From: Lingula anatina
Taxonomy: Eukaryota; Animalia; Brachiopoda
DNA: 64,000 nucleotides
Assembly: GCA_051362555.1 (NCBI GenBank)
Contig: CM120643.1
Coordinates: 3,658,001-3,722,000, forward strand
Direction of reading: 5' to 3'
Shown: positions 62,466-64,000 of the stretch, piece after piece
Numbering within the stretch: the stretch's first letter is position 1
How the letters are laid out: each line of letters begins with the position of its first letter
The notes under the pieces: model-generated
Databases searched by the model: none
Told to the model about the DNA's origin: nothing
The model's input: the letters and a program-made list of their open reading frames with translations, nothing else
Position numbers and translations under genes: made by a program

Positions 62466-63488
62466 CTGCCCCCCCTGGGATTGGAGGTGCAAAAAAATAA
62501 TCGCAAAGGTAAAAAAAAAATAATTGCAAAGTTGGTATCAATTCTGTGAGAAAATGCACTCATGACCACTAGACAATCATTCAACAATCTGTTTACAAAG
62601 GTGTACTGTTTTTAGCCAACTCAGTTCATGCCAAAAAGCTATCCCTCCCTTGGGAGCTATCCCCCAGGCAAAATGAACCCACAATTTCTAACTTCTGATT
62701 GAGCAATAAATAACAGTTAAAATGCACCAAAATTCAGTATTATACATAAAGTTTTTAAAAATTTTCCACACCGTGGGAGGGGTGACACACCCTCCCCCCT
62801 TCGGGGCTTCGCCCCCTCGTGTCCGCTTACTGCCCCCCCTGGTATTTTGCTCAGGCTACGGCCCTGGTCTTACCTCTCTCCTCGCTGCCCTCAGCATCTG
62901 ACACACTCTTTGTGTCTTTGATATCAGCTAAAGAAAAAAAATGATATTTTAATATTTTATAATTTAAAAATACAAACTTAACATTCCATATCTGTGCATG
63001 TTCAAAAAAGATTCAGTAGGCCCATTACACTTTGATGAAGACACATTCAAAGATTTAACTAACTTAAAAATAAATAAATTATCTTCATAAGTATGCTAAA
63101 AAATAGACTTTGTGAGCAACACGCTTGTGGTGTGTATGTGCATGTGTATGTGTGTTTGTTAGTGTATGTGTGTGTGCAAGTATATTAAAATTCATAATGA
63201 TATTATTGGACAAAGAAAAAGAGGAAGGCCAGTCAAACGATGGAGGGATGAATTAGATGACTACTGGAAGTCTTGGAAGAAGAAACCTTGGCCAAACTGG
63301 AAATCTGAGGCTCAGGATAGGAAACAATGGAAAAAGCATGCTGAGGCCTTTGTCCAACAGTGGAACACTATAGGCTCTAAATGATGATGATGATGAATGT
63401 TATTATTTTACTATGATTCCAGCCTTACCTAATTCCTCAATGCTTTGGGTCTTAACAATTGCTACATTATTCTCTTCTTTGGTATCAC
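60794..63488 (-). CDS. Series of phase 1-1 micro-exons encoding Thr/Asp/Glu/Lys-rich repeats (63429-63488, 62874-62927, 61988-62038, [61425-61490], 61074-61127, 60794-60841)
   Basis: Each is bounded by yAG and GTAAG, has a length divisible by 3 and is open in phase 1 (e.g. ADIKDTKSVSDAEGSEER, VDVKDTTTTVTELVKER). The 61425 copy has CAC in place of CAG. Confidence 0.65.
62408..62866. mobile_element. MITE with 5-bp TSD
   Basis: TIR cagggccgtagcct / aggctacggccctg; TSD GTCTT; empty paralogous site at ~61067. Confidence 0.85.
63205..63396 (+). mobile_element. RTE-clade LINE 3' fragment
   Basis: RKRGRPVKRWRDEL...AQDRKQWKKHAEAFVQQW, (TGA)n tail, imperfect TSD aatg[a/t]tattatt. Confidence 0.8.
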
Positions 63489-63866
63489 CTGAAAGAACAG
63501 AATTGAATTTTAAGTAATACCATTTATGTGAGTATGTTGAAGTATGTTGGAGACAGAGAGAAGCGTGTTAGTCTGTTAATCTGATTGTATTCAGTGAGAG
63601 TTTCCATGGAGTTAGTGCACATTAGCTAGGTCTCCAAATTCATTGCCAACAGCCCCTGAGGGTCCAGACTTGCACCCTGTGAGTCAGGGTGTTGTTGTTA
63701 TTTTATTTCATGAATCCTTCCTAAAAGATAAAAAATGCATCAAGTTGATTGAATAGAGCAATGGTGTGGACTTACCACTTGTGTGGACTTCAGGCTTGTA
63801 CATGTAGTCCCACTCTGGAATAAGATGGCACATTTATTTTTGTAAAAAAAAAGGTCTCATACTTAC

Positions 63867-64000
63867 ATTTTGTGGCTTAATGAATTTCCATTCTATATTT
63901 GAGCCCTTGGGCAGGAGAAACTCTGCCCTGAGGGATGGGACCCCCATATCAGTGAACCTTGACAGGTTCACACCTTTCTGGGGGTCCCATCCCCCGAGGG
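63867..64000 (-). CDS. Exon encoding part of a CBM20-like (starch/glycogen-binding) module; gene continues beyond the window
   Basis: LGGWDPQKGVNLSRF...LRAEFLLPKGSNIEWKFIK resembles LG.W.P..A..L...V.LP.G..IEYK(F/Y); donor GTAAGT. Confidence 0.55.

Overview
AT-rich, repeat-dense animal genomic DNA (looks lophotrochozoan/mollusc-like; this is inference). The core is a 17.4-kb composite insertion (25652-43099). It splits, exactly in frame, the long first coding exon of a FASTK/RAP-domain gene (25303-25651 + 43100-44686, 45408-45549, 50936-50951). The insertion has three parts. (i) A tandem TRIM whose 132-bp LTR carries a tRNA-Thr(TGT)-like gene (Helenus-type). (ii) A plus-strand gag-only Ty3/gypsy derivative with a decayed pol and six covarying three-way-junction motifs before its PPT. 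(iii) An inverted, nearly complete Ty3/gypsy element encoding an HhH-Gag, a -1 frameshift Pol whose integrase ends in a PHD finger, and, in the env position, an intact 763-aa TatD-nuclease ORF preceded by a splice acceptor. Both gypsy elements are joined to the same anticodon-loop position of the TRIM tRNA. The flanks hold Helentron-like elements, MITEs, LINE 3' fragments, a Ulp1-PHD pseudogene, and the 3' end of a minus-strand gene with a CBM20-like exon and duplicated phase-1 micro-exons.
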